Notes under the pieces: generated by a model | Told to the model about the DNA's origin: nothing | The model's input: the letters and a program-made list of their open reading frames with translations, nothing else | Database searches by the model: none | In this document: positions 8,833 to 19,331 of the stretch, piece after piece | How the letters are laid out: each line of letters begins with the position of its first letter | How positions within the stretch are numbered: the stretch's first letter is position 1 | Made by a program: the position numbers and the translations under genes | Origin: an uncultured Actinomycetota bacterium | GTDB lineage: Bacteria; Actinomycetota; Actinomycetes; JAFAQI01 | Length of the DNA stretch: 64,000 nt | Direction of reading: 5' to 3' | Assembly: GCA_963770565.1 (NCBI GenBank) | Contig: CAVYQE010000011.1 | Span: 672,001 to 736,000 of the forward strand

Positions 8833-9833
8833 CGCGCACCGCCTTCGGTGATGAGGCCGTAACGGGCGATGTTGCGGTCGGCGTCGGCTTGGATCCGGCC
8901 GATGACCTCTTCGTTGGGTTCCGGCCGGAACAAGTGCGCGTAGCGGCCCTGCAGCTTCAGGTAGTCGGTCACCGGGACGGGTCGACGGAGCGGCGTGACC
9001 TCGACGACCGCACCGTCCTCGGCCGCGAACACCGGGAACAGCCCGGTCTGGGTCGCGAGCCGGGCGATCAGGATGGTCTGGTTCGAGTCGGTCTCCCAAC
9101 CGAGCGGGCACGGCACCAGGACGTGCAGATAGCGCGCCCCGCGAAACTCCATCGCCCGCCGGACCTTCGCCTCGAGGTCGCGCAGGTCGGCGACGGTCGC
9201 GGTTGCGACGTACGGCAGCCGGTGCGCCATCGCGATCGTCGGCACATCCTTGCCCTGCCCGAACCGGTTGCCCGGGTGTGGACCAAGGGCAGGGGTCGTC
9301 GCAGTCCGTGCGGCCGGAGGCGTCGCGCCCGAGCGCTGGACGCCCGTGTTCATGTAGCCCTCGTTGTCGTAGCAGATGTAGAGCACGTCGTCGTTGCGCT
9401 CGAACATGCCGGACAGGCAGGCGAAGCCGATGTCGACCGTGCCGCCGTCGCCGCCCTGAGCAATGACTCGGATATCGGTGCGACCCTGCGCCTGCAGCGC
9501 GGCCGCGACCCCGGTGGCGACCGCGGCGGCATTGCCGAACAACGAGTGCAGCCACGGCACCTGCCAGGCCGACTCGGGGTAAGGCGTGGTGAAGACCTCG
9601 AGGCAGCCGGTCGCGTTGACGACGACCAGCTTTCCGCCGCTCGCCTCCAACGCGGTGTCCAGCGCGTAGCGGGCGCCGAGCGCCTCGCCGCAGCCGCGGC
9701 AGGCCCGGTGACCGCAGGTGATCGCGTTGGCCCGGTCGGTCTCGGACTGGACGGACTGCAGTTCGAGCGGGAGCAGTCGGTTGCCGACCGCGTGGCTGCC
9801 GACTTGGTAGAACTTCACCGGTGTTGCGGTCAT
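8829..9833 (-). CDS. porB: Pyruvate/2-oxoacid:acceptor oxidoreductase beta subunit (TPP-binding)
   Basis: ACRGCG, GGDGG...DIGF, YDNEGYMNTGVQRS, PCPLGW. Confidence 0.92.
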   Translation of the reverse strand: MTATPVKFYQVGSHAVGNRLLPLELQSVQSETDRANAITCGHRACRGCGEALGARYALDTALEASGGKLVVVNATGCLEVFTTPYPESAWQVPWLHSLFGNAAAVATGVAAALQAQGRTDIRVIAQGGDGGTVDIGFACLSGMFERNDDVLYICYDNEGYMNTGVQRSGATPPAARTATTPALGPHPGNRFGQGKDVPTIAMAHRLPYVATATVADLRDLEAKVRRAMEFRGARYLHVLVPCPLGWETDSNQTILIARLATQTGLFPVFAAEDGAVVEVTPLRRPVPVTDYLKLQGRYAHLFRPEPNEEVIGRIQADADRNIARYGLITEGGAR

Positions 9834-11032
9834 CGGGTGCCTCCGGTGCGCGCGGGTGTCGAGGGGAGTACGGCAGCGATCGCGGCGCGGTCGAGGTCGA
9901 GGAAGGTCAAGGGGTCGAGCGTGTCGCCTTCGGCGGCGGTGATCATCGTGCGAAGCGAGGAACGGGTGATCGGCCGGCCGCCGAGCCCGGCGATCACCGT
10001 CGAGATCTCGACGCCGGTGCCGGCCAGCGCGGAGCGGACATCGGTGGTGACGGTTTCGCCGCTACCGGGGGCCAGTGAGCGCTCCACCACCACCACTCGC
10101 CGTGCCCCGTCGATCGCGTCGCGAACGGCGGCCGCGGGGAACGGGCGGTACGACGTGATCCCGAGGACGCCGACCCGATGTCCATCGGCCCGCAGGCCGT
10201 CGACGGTGTCCTTGAGGGTGCCGAGCACTGAGCCGAGCGCGATCACGACGGTGTCGGAGTCGGCGCTGAGATACGGGGAGACCAAGGATGCGCCGGCCCG
10301 CCCGACGATCGACTCGAACCGCGACCCGACCTCGGGGATCACGCTGAGCGCGCGCTGATGAGCAGCGTGGGCGAGGTAGCGGACCTCGGTGAATGCCTCC
10401 GGACCGACCATGGCACCGATCGACACCGGCGCCTGCGGGTCGAGCACCTGCCGTGGCTGGTAGGCCGGCAGGAACTCGTCGACCTGCTCAGCAGTCGGCA
10501 ACTCGACCTGCTCGAAGGCGTGCGTGAGAACGAAGCCGTCCATGCAGACCATGACCGGCAGGGACAACTCCTCGGCGATCCGGAACGCCTGCACATGCAA
10601 GTCGACTGCCTGCTGGTTGTCCTCGGCGAACAGTTGCAGCCACCCGCAGTCGCGCTGGGACATGCTGTCGCTGTGGTCGTTCCAGATGTTGATGGGGGCA
10701 CCGATGGCGCGGTTGGCGACTGTCATGACGATCGGCAGACCAAGACCGGCGGCGTTGTAGAGCGCCTCGGCCATATAGAGCAGGCCCTGGCTCGCCGTTG
10801 CGGTGTAGGCACGGGCACCGGTGGCCGAAGCGCCGATCGCCACGGACAGGGCAGCGAACTCCGACTCGACGTTGATGAACTCGCACGGAGACAGTGATCC
10901 GTCCCAGACCATCCGGCTCAAGCCCTCGACGATGTGGGTCTGCGGGGTGATCGGGTATGCGCAGACCACTTCGGGGCGGCAGCGGGCGACCGCTTTGGCT
11001 ACTGCCACTGACCCTTCGAGCTGCTCAAACAC
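9830..11032 (-). CDS. porA: Pyruvate/2-oxoacid:acceptor oxidoreductase alpha subunit
   Basis: AYPITPQT, VESEFAALS, TATASQGL, ANRA, DGFVLTH. Confidence 0.92.
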   Translation of the reverse strand: MFEQLEGSVAVAKAVARCRPEVVCAYPITPQTHIVEGLSRMVWDGSLSPCEFINVESEFAALSVAIGASATGARAYTATASQGLLYMAEALYNAAGLGLPIVMTVANRAIGAPINIWNDHSDSMSQRDCGWLQLFAEDNQQAVDLHVQAFRIAEELSLPVMVCMDGFVLTHAFEQVELPTAEQVDEFLPAYQPRQVLDPQAPVSIGAMVGPEAFTEVRYLAHAAHQRALSVIPEVGSRFESIVGRAGASLVSPYLSADSDTVVIALGSVLGTLKDTVDGLRADGHRVGVLGITSYRPFPAAAVRDAIDGARRVVVVERSLAPGSGETVTTDVRSALAGTGVEISTVIAGLGGRPITRSSLRTMITAAEGDTLDPLTFLDLDRAAIAAVLPSTPARTGGTR

Positions 11033-11612
11033 CGGCTGCCTCCTGATGGCGGGTCTGCACGCTGTCGAAGGCTTCGCGCGCGGCGGCGGCGTTCTTCTCG
11101 CCGATCGGGCCGGCGAATCGTTCCTTCAGTGCGCGCTCGATGTCGGCGATCGGCACCACGCCGGTCAGCGCCGCGAAGCCCCCGAGCATCACGCCGTTGG
11201 GCAGCGGTCGGCCGAAGTGCCGCAGGGCGATCTCGGTTGCCGGCACGCAGACCACGCCGGCCCGGCCTTCGTCGGTCAGCTCGGTGAGGCCGAGTTCGGC
11301 GACCGGATGCGCGGAGTTGATGAGCACCACGCCGCCCGGCTTGAGTCCCTGGAAGACGTCGACCGCGTGGAGCAAGGTCGAGTCCAGGATGATGACCGCA
11401 TCCGGGGTGACGACGGGCTCGCGCAACCGGATCGGCCGGTCGTCAATCCGGCAGAACGACGCCACCGGGGCGCCCGCTCGCTCGGATCCGAAGCTCGGGA
11501 ACGCCTGAGCGGTGCTGCCGGCATCGAAAGCGGCGACCGAGAGCAACTCGGCGGCGGTCACCGCGCCTTGCCCGCCCCGCCCGTGGATCCGGACCTCATA
11601 CATGGCGGCCAC
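11025..11612 (-). CDS. porC: Pyruvate/2-oxoacid:acceptor oxidoreductase gamma subunit
   Basis: EVRIHGRGGQGAVTA, FPSFGSERAGAPV; start may be ATG at 11603. Confidence 0.92.
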   Translation of the reverse strand: MAAMYEVRIHGRGGQGAVTAAELLSVAAFDAGSTAQAFPSFGSERAGAPVASFCRIDDRPIRLREPVVTPDAVIILDSTLLHAVDVFQGLKPGGVVLINSAHPVAELGLTELTDEGRAGVVCVPATEIALRHFGRPLPNGVMLGGFAALTGVVPIADIERALKERFAGPIGEKNAAAAREAFDSVQTRHQEAAGV

Positions 11613-11672
11613 TGAGGTGGCACAGAATTCGGGTCATGACTTGATCGTGCGTGCCGGCCGGGCGCAGTGATA

Positions 11673-11707
11673 GGGGAATTGGTCCCGTGCTCGGGGTATT
11701 TCGACCC
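11673..11707. promoter_or_regulatory. Tandem DosR/DevR-like boxes upstream of the por operon
   Basis: GGGGAATTGGTCCC (11673-11686) and GGGTATTTCGACCC (11694-11707), 21 bp apart. Confidence 0.6.
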
Positions 11708-11731
11708 CGTCAGCCGCATCGGGTCGATGCG

Positions 11732-11929
11732 TTACCTCGCCGCCCTGCGGTGATGGACCTCGGTGTCGTTGCCGGGGAAGAGCAGGCCCTCGTGACCGGT
11801 GTCGGCCCACCGGACGAGGTACGGCGGTGCGCCGTCGGCGCCGTGCACCTCCAGGACCTCCGCATCCCGAACCGGGCCGTCGACGACCGGGGACTTGACC
11901 ACAAGCCGGTCTCCTGGTGATGCCTGCAC
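11732..11929 (-). CDS. DUF1918 domain protein (Rv0569-like)
   Basis: MQASPGDRLVV...EVLEVHGADGAPPYLVRW.D.GHE.L.FPG.D; RBS AAGGAGGAG. Confidence 0.9.
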   Translation of the reverse strand: MQASPGDRLVVKSPVVDGPVRDAEVLEVHGADGAPPYLVRWADTGHEGLLFPGNDTEVHHRRAAR

Positions 11930-11987
11930 GGCTCCTCCTTCGCTCGGATGTCACCCGGAGTGTGAGCCGACCGCGGGCCTGACTAAA

Positions 11988-12023
11988 GAGTCAGAGGTCA
12001 CCGCGCCCCAGGCCCAAGGTCCC
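11988..12023. promoter_or_regulatory. DosR/DevR-like boxes in divergent promoter
   Basis: AGGCCCAAGGTCCC (12010-12023) plus weaker GAGTCAGAGGTCAC (11988-12001). Confidence 0.55.
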
Positions 12024-12114
12024 TAGTCGCGGTCGCCCAGGGCGAGAAGAATCGACGTCGCAAGGCGATGCGCCGTCAGTCGGTGCGCGCCTTCGGGTGG
12101 ATCAGGAGAGTCCG

Positions 12115-13665
12115 ATGGACGATCGCGCCGAGGCTGTCAGCAACCGTCCGATTCCGTGGGCGGCCTGCGTAGAAACGCAATCCTCCGCCGTGTTCATGGC
12201 CGGTGACCGGGTGTTGAAGATGAAGAAGCCGATCCGGACCGCCTTTCTCGACTACAGCTCGCTCGAAGCCCGCGAAGCTGCCTGTGACTCGGAGGTGCGT
12301 CTCAACGCCCGGCTGAGCCCGGATGTGTATCTCGGGGTGGTCCACATCGGGCTGTACGACGGCGGCCCTGGCGAGCCGGTCGTCGTGATGCGTCGGCTCC
12401 AGGAGCGCGATCAGCTTCGGGTCCGGATGGCGCAGGGCGACCCGCAGCTGCGCGCGGAGATCCGCGAGGTGGCCCGGCGGATTGCCGTGTTCCACAGCGA
12501 GTGCGACGTCTACTCCGGACCCGACTCGGCCGGATCGTGGGAAGCCGTTCACGCCCGCTGGCTCGAGGAGTGCGACGAAATCGACCTGCTCGGGGACGCC
12601 ACGTCCGACGCCGAGGACCGGCGGGCATTGCGGGTGCTCGGGACGCGATACCTCGCCGGGCGCGAGCCGCTGTTCGATGGCCGCCTCCTTGACGGCCAGG
12701 TGCGGGAGGGTCACGGCGATCTCCGGTCCGAGCATGTCTACCTGACCTCGGACGGCCCGCGAATCATCGACTGCGTGGAGTTCGATCCGCAGCTGCGGGT
12801 CGCCGATGTGCTCTCCGACGTCGCGTTTCTCGCGATGGACCTCGAGCAGCGCGACCGGGCCGATCTCGCCGAAGCACTGCTCTCGGACTATCGGGAGTTC
12901 AGCGCGACGCAGTACCCGGAGTCCCTGCTCGAGTTCTACGTCGCCTATCGGGCCCTGGTGCGCGCCAAGGTCCACGCCATCCGTGCCCGGCAGATCGGCG
13001 TCACCGACCCCGAATCCGCCCGGCTCGTGCAGATGGCGCTGGTGCACCTGCGCCGGGCGATGCCGACGATGATCTGCGTCGGTGGCCTTCCGGGCACGGG
13101 CAAGTCGACGGTCAGCGAGGCGTTCGCGGCCACCCGCGACGCCGTTCATCTGTCCTCGGACGAGATCCGGCACGGGCTCGCGGCCGGCACCGGCAGCAGC
13201 GGCGATGGCGCGAAGTGGGAGACCGGCATCTACGCGACCGAGGTGACCGAGCGGGTCTATCGCGAGCTGTTCGGTCGGGCCGAGGCGGCCTTGCGCGAGG
13301 GCTACAGCGTGGTTCTCGATGCCTCCTGGCGCGACGCCGGGCGTCGTAGCCAGGCGCGCTCGGTGGCCGGGGCGTGCTGGAGCGTGCCGGTCGAAATCAG
13401 GTGCGATGTCGACCAGCGGGTGGCGTTGCAGCGCCTGACCGGGAGCCGACTGGGCTTCTCGCAGGCCGGCGTCGACGTCCGCGAGGAGATGCGCAACGCG
13501 TTCGCCGAATGGCCGACGGCGCGGGTGCTGACCACGAATCGCGACCTCGAGGCCACGCTGCGTGAGCTTGGCGAGTGGGTCGACGCTGAGGTGGTCGCCG
13601 TCACCGCGGGCGGAGGGTCGTCTCCACGAGACGCGCGATCTCCAGCTCTTCATGGGCAGCGATGA
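12115..13665 (+). CDS. Bifunctional APH-like kinase / AAA_33 P-loop protein (Rv2004c-like)
   Basis: KMKKP...FLDYS, REGHGDLRSEH, IIDCVEF, DVAFLAMDL, C-terminal GLPGTGKST and VVLDASW. Confidence 0.9.
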   Translation: MDDRAEAVSNRPIPWAACVETQSSAVFMAGDRVLKMKKPIRTAFLDYSSLEAREAACDSEVRLNARLSPDVYLGVVHIGLYDGGPGEPVVVMRRLQERDQLRVRMAQGDPQLRAEIREVARRIAVFHSECDVYSGPDSAGSWEAVHARWLEECDEIDLLGDATSDAEDRRALRVLGTRYLAGREPLFDGRLLDGQVREGHGDLRSEHVYLTSDGPRIIDCVEFDPQLRVADVLSDVAFLAMDLEQRDRADLAEALLSDYREFSATQYPESLLEFYVAYRALVRAKVHAIRARQIGVTDPESARLVQMALVHLRRAMPTMICVGGLPGTGKSTVSEAFAATRDAVHLSSDEIRHGLAAGTGSSGDGAKWETGIYATEVTERVYRELFGRAEAALREGYSVVLDASWRDAGRRSQARSVAGACWSVPVEIRCDVDQRVALQRLTGSRLGFSQAGVDVREEMRNAFAEWPTARVLTTNRDLEATLRELGEWVDAEVVAVTAGGGSSPRDARSPALHGQR

Positions 13666-14635
13666 CCAAGATCTGACACGTCGCGTCGGCCGCCGCGATT
13701 GCGCAGTCCGGCCGCGCATCGGCGTTCAACGCCGCGTCGAGGTCGACGCCGAGGTAGCCGACCCGCTCGCAACAGCGCCGCCGGATCTCCGCCGACCGTT
13801 CACCCACCCCTCCGGTGAACACGAGTACGTCGATTCCGCCGAGTGAAGCCGTCATTGCCGCGATCGCCGACGCAAGGCGGTGGAGGTAGACCTCGATCGC
13901 GAGGCGTGCCTCGGGGTCGTGTCGCGACAGGATCTCGGCCATGTCGGCGCTTCCGCTGAGCCCGAGCAGTCCGGAGCGATGCTCGAGGGCGTCGGTGACC
14001 TCGCGCGCGCTCAGCCCGGCGTGTTCCTCCAGCCAGGTGACCAGACCCGGGTCGAGCGATCCGCACCGGGTGGCCATGACGAGCCCGTCCAACGGCGTGA
14101 AGCCCATGGTGGTGTCGACCGACTCGCCGTCGAGCACCGCCGTGACCGAGCCGCCGGCGCCCAGATGGCAGACGACCACGCGCCGGGCTTGCGGGAGAAG
14201 CTGTCGAGTGCGGTGGGCCGACCAGGAGTGTGACAGGCCGTGGAAGCCGAAGCGCCGGATCGGCCATTGCTCGCGCCATTCCTTCGGCAACGCGTACGTG
14301 TAGGCCTCGGCCGGCATCGTGGCGTGGAAGGCGGTGTCGAAGCACCCGATGTGCGGCACGTCGGGCAGCAACCGGCGGGCGGCGTCGAGCGCGCTCAGCG
14401 ACTTCGGCTGGTGCAGCGGGGCGAGGTCGGTCAGCTCGCGCAGCCGGCGCTCGACCTGCTCGTCGATCACGGTCGGTGCGACGAACTCGGTCCCGCCGTG
14501 CACGATCCGATGACCGACCGCGTCGACCGCCGGCGCCGGTGCGGGAAGCTCGTCGAACGTTCCCTCGACGACCCCGTCGGCGACGAGGGCGACTTTGAGG
14601 GAGCTTGAGCCGGCGTTGACGGTCAGGACACGCAT
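13601..14635 (-). CDS. ackA: Acetate/propionate kinase
   Basis: VNAGSSSLK, GHRIVHGG, FDTAFH, FGFHGLSH, TMGFTPLDG, VFTGGVGE, EEL. Confidence 0.95.
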   Translation of the reverse strand: MRVLTVNAGSSSLKVALVADGVVEGTFDELPAPAPAVDAVGHRIVHGGTEFVAPTVIDEQVERRLRELTDLAPLHQPKSLSALDAARRLLPDVPHIGCFDTAFHATMPAEAYTYALPKEWREQWPIRRFGFHGLSHSWSAHRTRQLLPQARRVVVCHLGAGGSVTAVLDGESVDTTMGFTPLDGLVMATRCGSLDPGLVTWLEEHAGLSAREVTDALEHRSGLLGLSGSADMAEILSRHDPEARLAIEVYLHRLASAIAAMTASLGGIDVLVFTGGVGERSAEIRRRCCERVGYLGVDLDAALNADARPDCAIAAADATCQILVIAAHEELEIARLVETTLRPR

Positions 14636-17034
14636 CAGCCGGGCCAGGTCCAGCCCGAGATGTCGGGGCTGTCTTCGCCGTACTCGCGGGTGTAGGCACG
14701 CGCGTGCAGCCGCGCGTCCACCATGTCCTGGCGCACTCCGGCGGCACGTTCGCCGAGCGACGGCACACGGTCGATGACGTCGATGACGAGGTGGTAGCGG
14801 TCGAGGTTGTTCATCATCACCATGTCGAACGGGGTCGTCGTCGTCCCTTCTTCGATGTAGCCGCGGACATGCAGGTTGTGGTGGTTCGCCCGGCGGTACG
14901 TGAGGCGGTGAATCAGCCATGGATAGCCGTGGTAGGCGAACAGCACCGGCTGGTGCGTCGTGAACAACGCGTCGAACTGCGCGTCCGGCAGGCCGTGTGG
15001 GTGCTCGCTCTCGGGTTGGAGCCGCATCAGGTCGACGACGTTGATGACCCTGACCTTCAACTCCGGGAACCGGTCGCGAAGGATCGCGACGGCGGCGAGA
15101 GTTTCGGCGGTCGGGACATCGCCGGCACAGGCCATGACGACGTCGGGCACCTCACCTTCGTCGTTGCTGGCCCACTCCCAGATGCCCAAGCCGCGGCTGC
15201 AGTGGGCCTCGGCCTCGTCGATCGACAGGTAGGTCAACGCGGGCTGCTTGCCGGCGATCACGACGTTGACCCGGTTCTGTCCTCGCAGGCAGTGATCGAC
15301 GGTGACAAGCAACGTGTTGGCGTCCGGCGGAAGGTAGACCCGCACGATGCCGGCCTTCTTGTTGACGACGTGGTCGATGAAGCCGGGGTCCTGATGTGAG
15401 AAGCCGTTGTGATCCTGTCGCCAGACCAGGCTCGAGAGCAGGTAGTTCAACGATGCGATCGGTCGCCGCCAGGGGATGTCCTGGGTCGTCTTGAGCCACT
15501 TCGCGTGCTGATTGACCATCGAGTCGATGATGTGGATGAAGGCCTCGTAGCAGTTGAAGATGCCATGCCGGCCGGTCAGCAGATAACCCTCGAGCCAGCC
15601 CTGGCACAGATGCTCCGAAAGCACCTCCATCACGCGGCCGTCGGGGGAGAGGTGGTCGTCGCCGTCGACCGTTTCGGCCTCCCAGGCGCGATCGGTCACT
15701 TCGAACACGGCGTCGAGCCGGTTGGAAGCGGTCTCATCCGGTCCCATGACCCTGAAGGTCCGCGGGTTCTGCCGGATGACGTCGCGAAGGTATTGCCCCG
15801 CGACCCGCGTGGCCTCGGCGAGGTCCGCGGCCGGCCGACTCACCTCGACGGCGAAGCGGCGATAGTCCGGGAGCATGAGCTCGTCGAGCAGGATGCCGCC
15901 GTTCGCATGCGGGTTCGCACTCATCCGGGCCGGCCCGACCGGCGCGTGCGCGGTGATCTCCGGACGCACCGCCCCGGCGGAGTCGAACAGCTCCTCAGGT
16001 CGGTAGCTTCGCAGCCATTGCTCGAGCTGGACAAGGTGCTCCGGGTTGGTGCGCACCTCGCTCAGCGGGACCTGATGGGCCCGGAACGTCCCCTCGATCT
16101 TGACGCCGTCGACCACCTTGGGGCCGGTCCAGCCCTTCGGGGTGCGCAGCACGATCATCGGCCAGGTCGGCCGGTCCAGATTCCCGTTCGCGGCGCGTTC
16201 CCGGATTGACGCGATGTTATTGAGCGCGTCGTCGAGCGCGGCCGCCAGCTGCTGGTGGACATCGGCGGGGTCGGAGCCGGAGACGAAGATCGGCCGGTGC
16301 CCGTAGCCCTCGAGCAACTTGCGCAGCTCGGCTTCGGGGATTCGGGCCAGCACGGTGGGGTTGGCGATCTTGTAGCCGTTCAGGTGCAGGATCGGCAGCA
16401 CGGTGCCGTCGCGCTCGGGGTTGAGGAACTTGTTGGAGTGCCAGCTGGCCGCTAGTGGCCCGGTCTCGGCCTCGCCGTCGCCGATCACACAGGCCACGAT
16501 CAAGTCGGGGTTGTCGAACACCGCGCCGTAGGCATGCAGGAGCGAGTATCCGAGCTCGCCGCCCTCGTGGATCGAACCCGGTGTCTCCGGCGCGACATGG
16601 CTCGGGATCCCGCCGGGGAAGGAGAACTGGCGGAACAGCTGGAGCAGCCCGTCGGCATCGCGGCTGACGTGCGGGTAGACCTCGGTGTAGGTGCCCTCGA
16701 GGTAGGCGTTCGCCACGATGCCCGGGCCGCCGTGGCCAGGACCGATGACGTACATCATGTTGAGCCCGCGCAGGCGGATCTCCCGATTCAGGTGCGCGTA
16801 GACCAGGTTGAGTCCTGGCGTCGTTCCCCAGTGACCGAGCAGGCGCGGCTTGATGTGCTCGGGCTGCAGCGATTCACCCAGCAACGGGTTCGCCATCAGG
16901 TAGATCTGACCGACCGATAGGTAGTTCGCGGCCCGCCAGTACGCGTCGATGAGATCGAGGTCGGCCGGACTCAGCGGGCCGAGCGACGAACTCGGATCGA
17001 CGTCGGGTGTCGCGGTGACCGAGTGATCGCTCAT
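14635..17034 (-). CDS. xfp: Xylulose-5-P/fructose-6-P phosphoketolase
   Basis: [50 protein letters not shown]. Confidence 0.97.
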   Translation of the reverse strand: MSDHSVTATPDVDPSSSLGPLSPADLDLIDAYWRAANYLSVGQIYLMANPLLGESLQPEHIKPRLLGHWGTTPGLNLVYAHLNREIRLRGLNMMYVIGPGHGGPGIVANAYLEGTYTEVYPHVSRDADGLLQLFRQFSFPGGIPSHVAPETPGSIHEGGELGYSLLHAYGAVFDNPDLIVACVIGDGEAETGPLAASWHSNKFLNPERDGTVLPILHLNGYKIANPTVLARIPEAELRKLLEGYGHRPIFVSGSDPADVHQQLAAALDDALNNIASIRERAANGNLDRPTWPMIVLRTPKGWTGPKVVDGVKIEGTFRAHQVPLSEVRTNPEHLVQLEQWLRSYRPEELFDSAGAVRPEITAHAPVGPARMSANPHANGGILLDELMLPDYRRFAVEVSRPAADLAEATRVAGQYLRDVIRQNPRTFRVMGPDETASNRLDAVFEVTDRAWEAETVDGDDHLSPDGRVMEVLSEHLCQGWLEGYLLTGRHGIFNCYEAFIHIIDSMVNQHAKWLKTTQDIPWRRPIASLNYLLSSLVWRQDHNGFSHQDPGFIDHVVNKKAGIVRVYLPPDANTLLVTVDHCLRGQNRVNVVIAGKQPALTYLSIDEAEAHCSRGLGIWEWASNDEGEVPDVVMACAGDVPTAETLAAVAILRDRFPELKVRVINVVDLMRLQPESEHPHGLPDAQFDALFTTHQPVLFAYHGYPWLIHRLTYRRANHHNLHVRGYIEEGTTTTPFDMVMMNNLDRYHLVIDVIDRVPSLGERAAGVRQDMVDARLHARAYTREYGEDSPDISGWTWPG

Positions 17035-17194
17035 TACCAATCACTGTGTCACCGCAGCGGCAGTCCCTCCTCAGTGGCCCGTGCGAGGTGGACTATCCGG
17101 CCGAGCCCCCGCTCGCGCCGGCCATCTGCCGGGGTCGTGTCCATATGCATCGCGAGCGGGTTCGGATGGGGTGCGTGCGGCGTAGGTTTGCGCT

Positions 17195-17683
17195 GTGGTT
17201 CTCGACCGCCCGGCGACCGCCGACCACCCACCGCGCACCTCGCCGGCGGGTGGGGACATCGGGTCTAGGGGCCGGTCGGTGCGCCTCGGTCTGACCGCCG
17301 TCGCCGTGTTGCTCCTGCTGTACGGCACGATCGCCGGCACCGACGACATGTTCCCGTTCGGGCCGTTCCGGATGTACGCCGGCTACTACTCGCCGGACGG
17401 CGTGATCACCTCCAACGTGCTGCTGGCCAGGACGGCCGATGGCCAGGTGGTGACACCGACCCAAGCGGACATCGGCCTCGCCCGGGGCGACATCGAGGGG
17501 GAGCTCAACGCTTTTCGGGCCGACCCAGGCCGGCTGGGCGATCTCGCCCGGACCTTCCATCGACGCCACCCGGCCGCCTCGCCGTACGTCGCGATGTGGA
17601 TCGTGCAGAAGCGTTGGCAACTGCACGACCGCGCGGTCGACGGTCAGACCTCGGTCACCCTGGTCAGCTGGCGGGCCGGGTGA
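17195..17683 (+). CDS. Membrane-anchored hypothetical protein, partner of HTTM-like gene
   Basis: One TM helix then DDMFPFGPFRMYA; GTGA overlap with next gene; start uncertain. Confidence 0.65.
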   Translation: MVLDRPATADHPPRTSPAGGDIGSRGRSVRLGLTAVAVLLLLYGTIAGTDDMFPFGPFRMYAGYYSPDGVITSNVLLARTADGQVVTPTQADIGLARGDIEGELNAFRADPGRLGDLARTFHRRHPAASPYVAMWIVQKRWQLHDRAVDGQTSVTLVSWRAG

Positions 17684-18600
17684 CCGGCACCGGAGGGGTC
17701 GGCGTACCTGGTCGGGCCGGCCGGGCTGGCCGGGCTGCCGCGAGTGTCGAGAACTGGTGGTTCACGCCGTTGCCGCTGGGCCGGGTCGCGGCGATGCGGG
17801 TCGTGATCTATCTCTTCGCGTGGTTCGACGTCTACTTCTATGCGCCCAAGGTCACCGAGCGGGTCGACGCGACCAGCGCCTACCGCCCGCTCGCTGTGGA
17901 GCGCTACCTGCACCTGCCAATGCCTACGCACACGATCGCGCTCGCGGTCCAGATCGGCCTGCTGTGCTGCGCGACCGCGGCCGCCACCGGCCGCGCGGCC
18001 CGGATCCTCGGCGCGGTCACGTTCGCGCTCTACTTCGACTGGCTCGTCATGGGCGACTCGTTCGGATACGTGCCGCACGACCGGTTCGCGTTCGTCGTAG
18101 CGCTTGCGGTGTTGCCGACCGTGGGTCCGGCCCGACGTGGTGACCGAACGACCTCGCAACGGGTCGGCTGGGCGCTGCGCTGCATCCAGGTCGCGGTGGT
18201 CGCGACGTACGCGCTCGCGCCGTGGGCGAAGTTCCGCTACGGCGGATTCGACTGGGCGAACGGCGCGGTGTTGACGTGGGCGATCCTGCGTCGCGGCACC
18301 TTCCTCGGCACCCCGTTGCTGCGCGCACCACGGCTCCTGCACATCGCCCAATGGGGCATCCTCTGCGGCGAGCTGGTGTCGCCGGTGGTGTTGTTCCTCC
18401 GCGGTCGGTTCGTCTACATCGCCGTCGCGGCGATGCTGACGTTCCACTTGCTGTCGGAGGCCACGATCACGATCAGCTTCCTGCCGCACGTCCTGTGCAT
18501 CCTGGCGTTCCTGCCGCTCGAGCGCCTCGGCGAGCTCGGGTCTGCGGCATGGCTGCGCCGGCCCTGGGGCCCATCGGCGCCACTGCAGCCGAGTCCCTGA
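17680..18600 (+). CDS. HTTM-like polytopic membrane protein
   Basis: WWFTP...RVA.MR, SFGYVPHD, Y..A.WAKFRYGGFDWANG, GELVSP, FH motifs. Confidence 0.7.
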   Translation: MTGTGGVGVPGRAGRAGRAAASVENWWFTPLPLGRVAAMRVVIYLFAWFDVYFYAPKVTERVDATSAYRPLAVERYLHLPMPTHTIALAVQIGLLCCATAAATGRAARILGAVTFALYFDWLVMGDSFGYVPHDRFAFVVALAVLPTVGPARRGDRTTSQRVGWALRCIQVAVVATYALAPWAKFRYGGFDWANGAVLTWAILRRGTFLGTPLLRAPRLLHIAQWGILCGELVSPVVLFLRGRFVYIAVAAMLTFHLLSEATITISFLPHVLCILAFLPLERLGELGSAAWLRRPWGPSAPLQPSP

Positions 18601-18613
18601 GCGATCGTCAGCC

Positions 18614-19276
18614 CTACTTGTAGACCGCCTCGAGCAGCATCAGGCAGCCGTCGACGTGGCTGCTGTGGCGGTACTTCGCCCCGGCGACCAGCGGTGGCTC
18701 GAAGGTCAACTGGCTGAATCCACCGCCGCTGCAGTATTCGAAGCTGATCTTCGTCGCGCGGACCGCCAGGTAGTCGCCCTTTTCGACCGGGACGCTCACC
18801 TTGAACGACTCGATCGTGTACGGCGGGCCGTTGTCCTCGGTGGTGCCCTGACCCTTGTAGTGGATCACCGGGCCGTTGCGGACCACCTTGGCCTGCTGCG
18901 ATCCGAGCTTGGCCTTGACGATCTGTAGTCGGAACGTGCCGGGCACCCCGGCGACGATCATGATCTTTCCGATCGTGCCGTTCTTCGGCGCTCGCTGGTC
19001 GGTCTCGGGGTCAGGGCGCCGGTAGGCCTCAGTCATGACGCGGGTGCACTTGACCGTCTTGGGCTCACAGGGCTGGCCGCCGAACGCGTTCGACGGCTGA
19101 GATTGCCTTGTCAGCAGTGCGCCGAACGTTACCGGCTTCTTCCGGGCCGGTGCGGCCGCGTGGCCGATCGCGGGGAGCAAGGCGCTGATCGCCAGCGCGG
19201 CCACCAGGACGACCACGGTGAAGATTCCGAACGTGGCCCGCCTACGGGAGATCAAGAGCATCGTCCACCACCTCAC
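18614..19276 (-). CDS. Secreted basic beta-rich hypothetical protein
   Basis: Signal peptide ending GHA-AA, four Cys, Lys-rich. Confidence 0.75.
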   Translation of the reverse strand: MRWWTMLLISRRRATFGIFTVVVLVAALAISALLPAIGHAAAPARKKPVTFGALLTRQSQPSNAFGGQPCEPKTVKCTRVMTEAYRRPDPETDQRAPKNGTIGKIMIVAGVPGTFRLQIVKAKLGSQQAKVVRNGPVIHYKGQGTTEDNGPPYTIESFKVSVPVEKGDYLAVRATKISFEYCSGGGFSQLTFEPPLVAGAKYRHSSHVDGCLMLLEAVYK

Positions 19277-19331
19277 GAGTAGTAACTGTGTATAGCCCTT
19301 CTGGTGCCGCCGGGCAATGTCGCCGTTGGGC

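Noticed and set aside
8833-9555. N-terminal 240 aa of the 783-aa ORF suggesting a larger fusion
   Set aside because: Overlaps porB in another frame and is Arg-rich noise; the real start is the ATG at 8832 overlapping the porB stop
13601-13665. 65-bp convergent overlap of ackA and Rv2004c-like 3' ends
   Set aside because: Non-conserved-looking tail; such read-through overlaps are common in GC-rich genomes
12076-13719. 547-aa minus-strand ORF and similar long antisense ORFs (e.g. 23807-25288, 55411-56964, 8811-10358)
   Set aside because: Shadow frames of well-supported genes in high-GC DNA; no recognisable motifs
17054-17067. Possible DosR-like box upstream of xfp (GCAGCGGCAGTCCC)
   Set aside because: Only one half-site matches; not listed as a feature, so xfp-ackA membership in the regulon is inferred from context only
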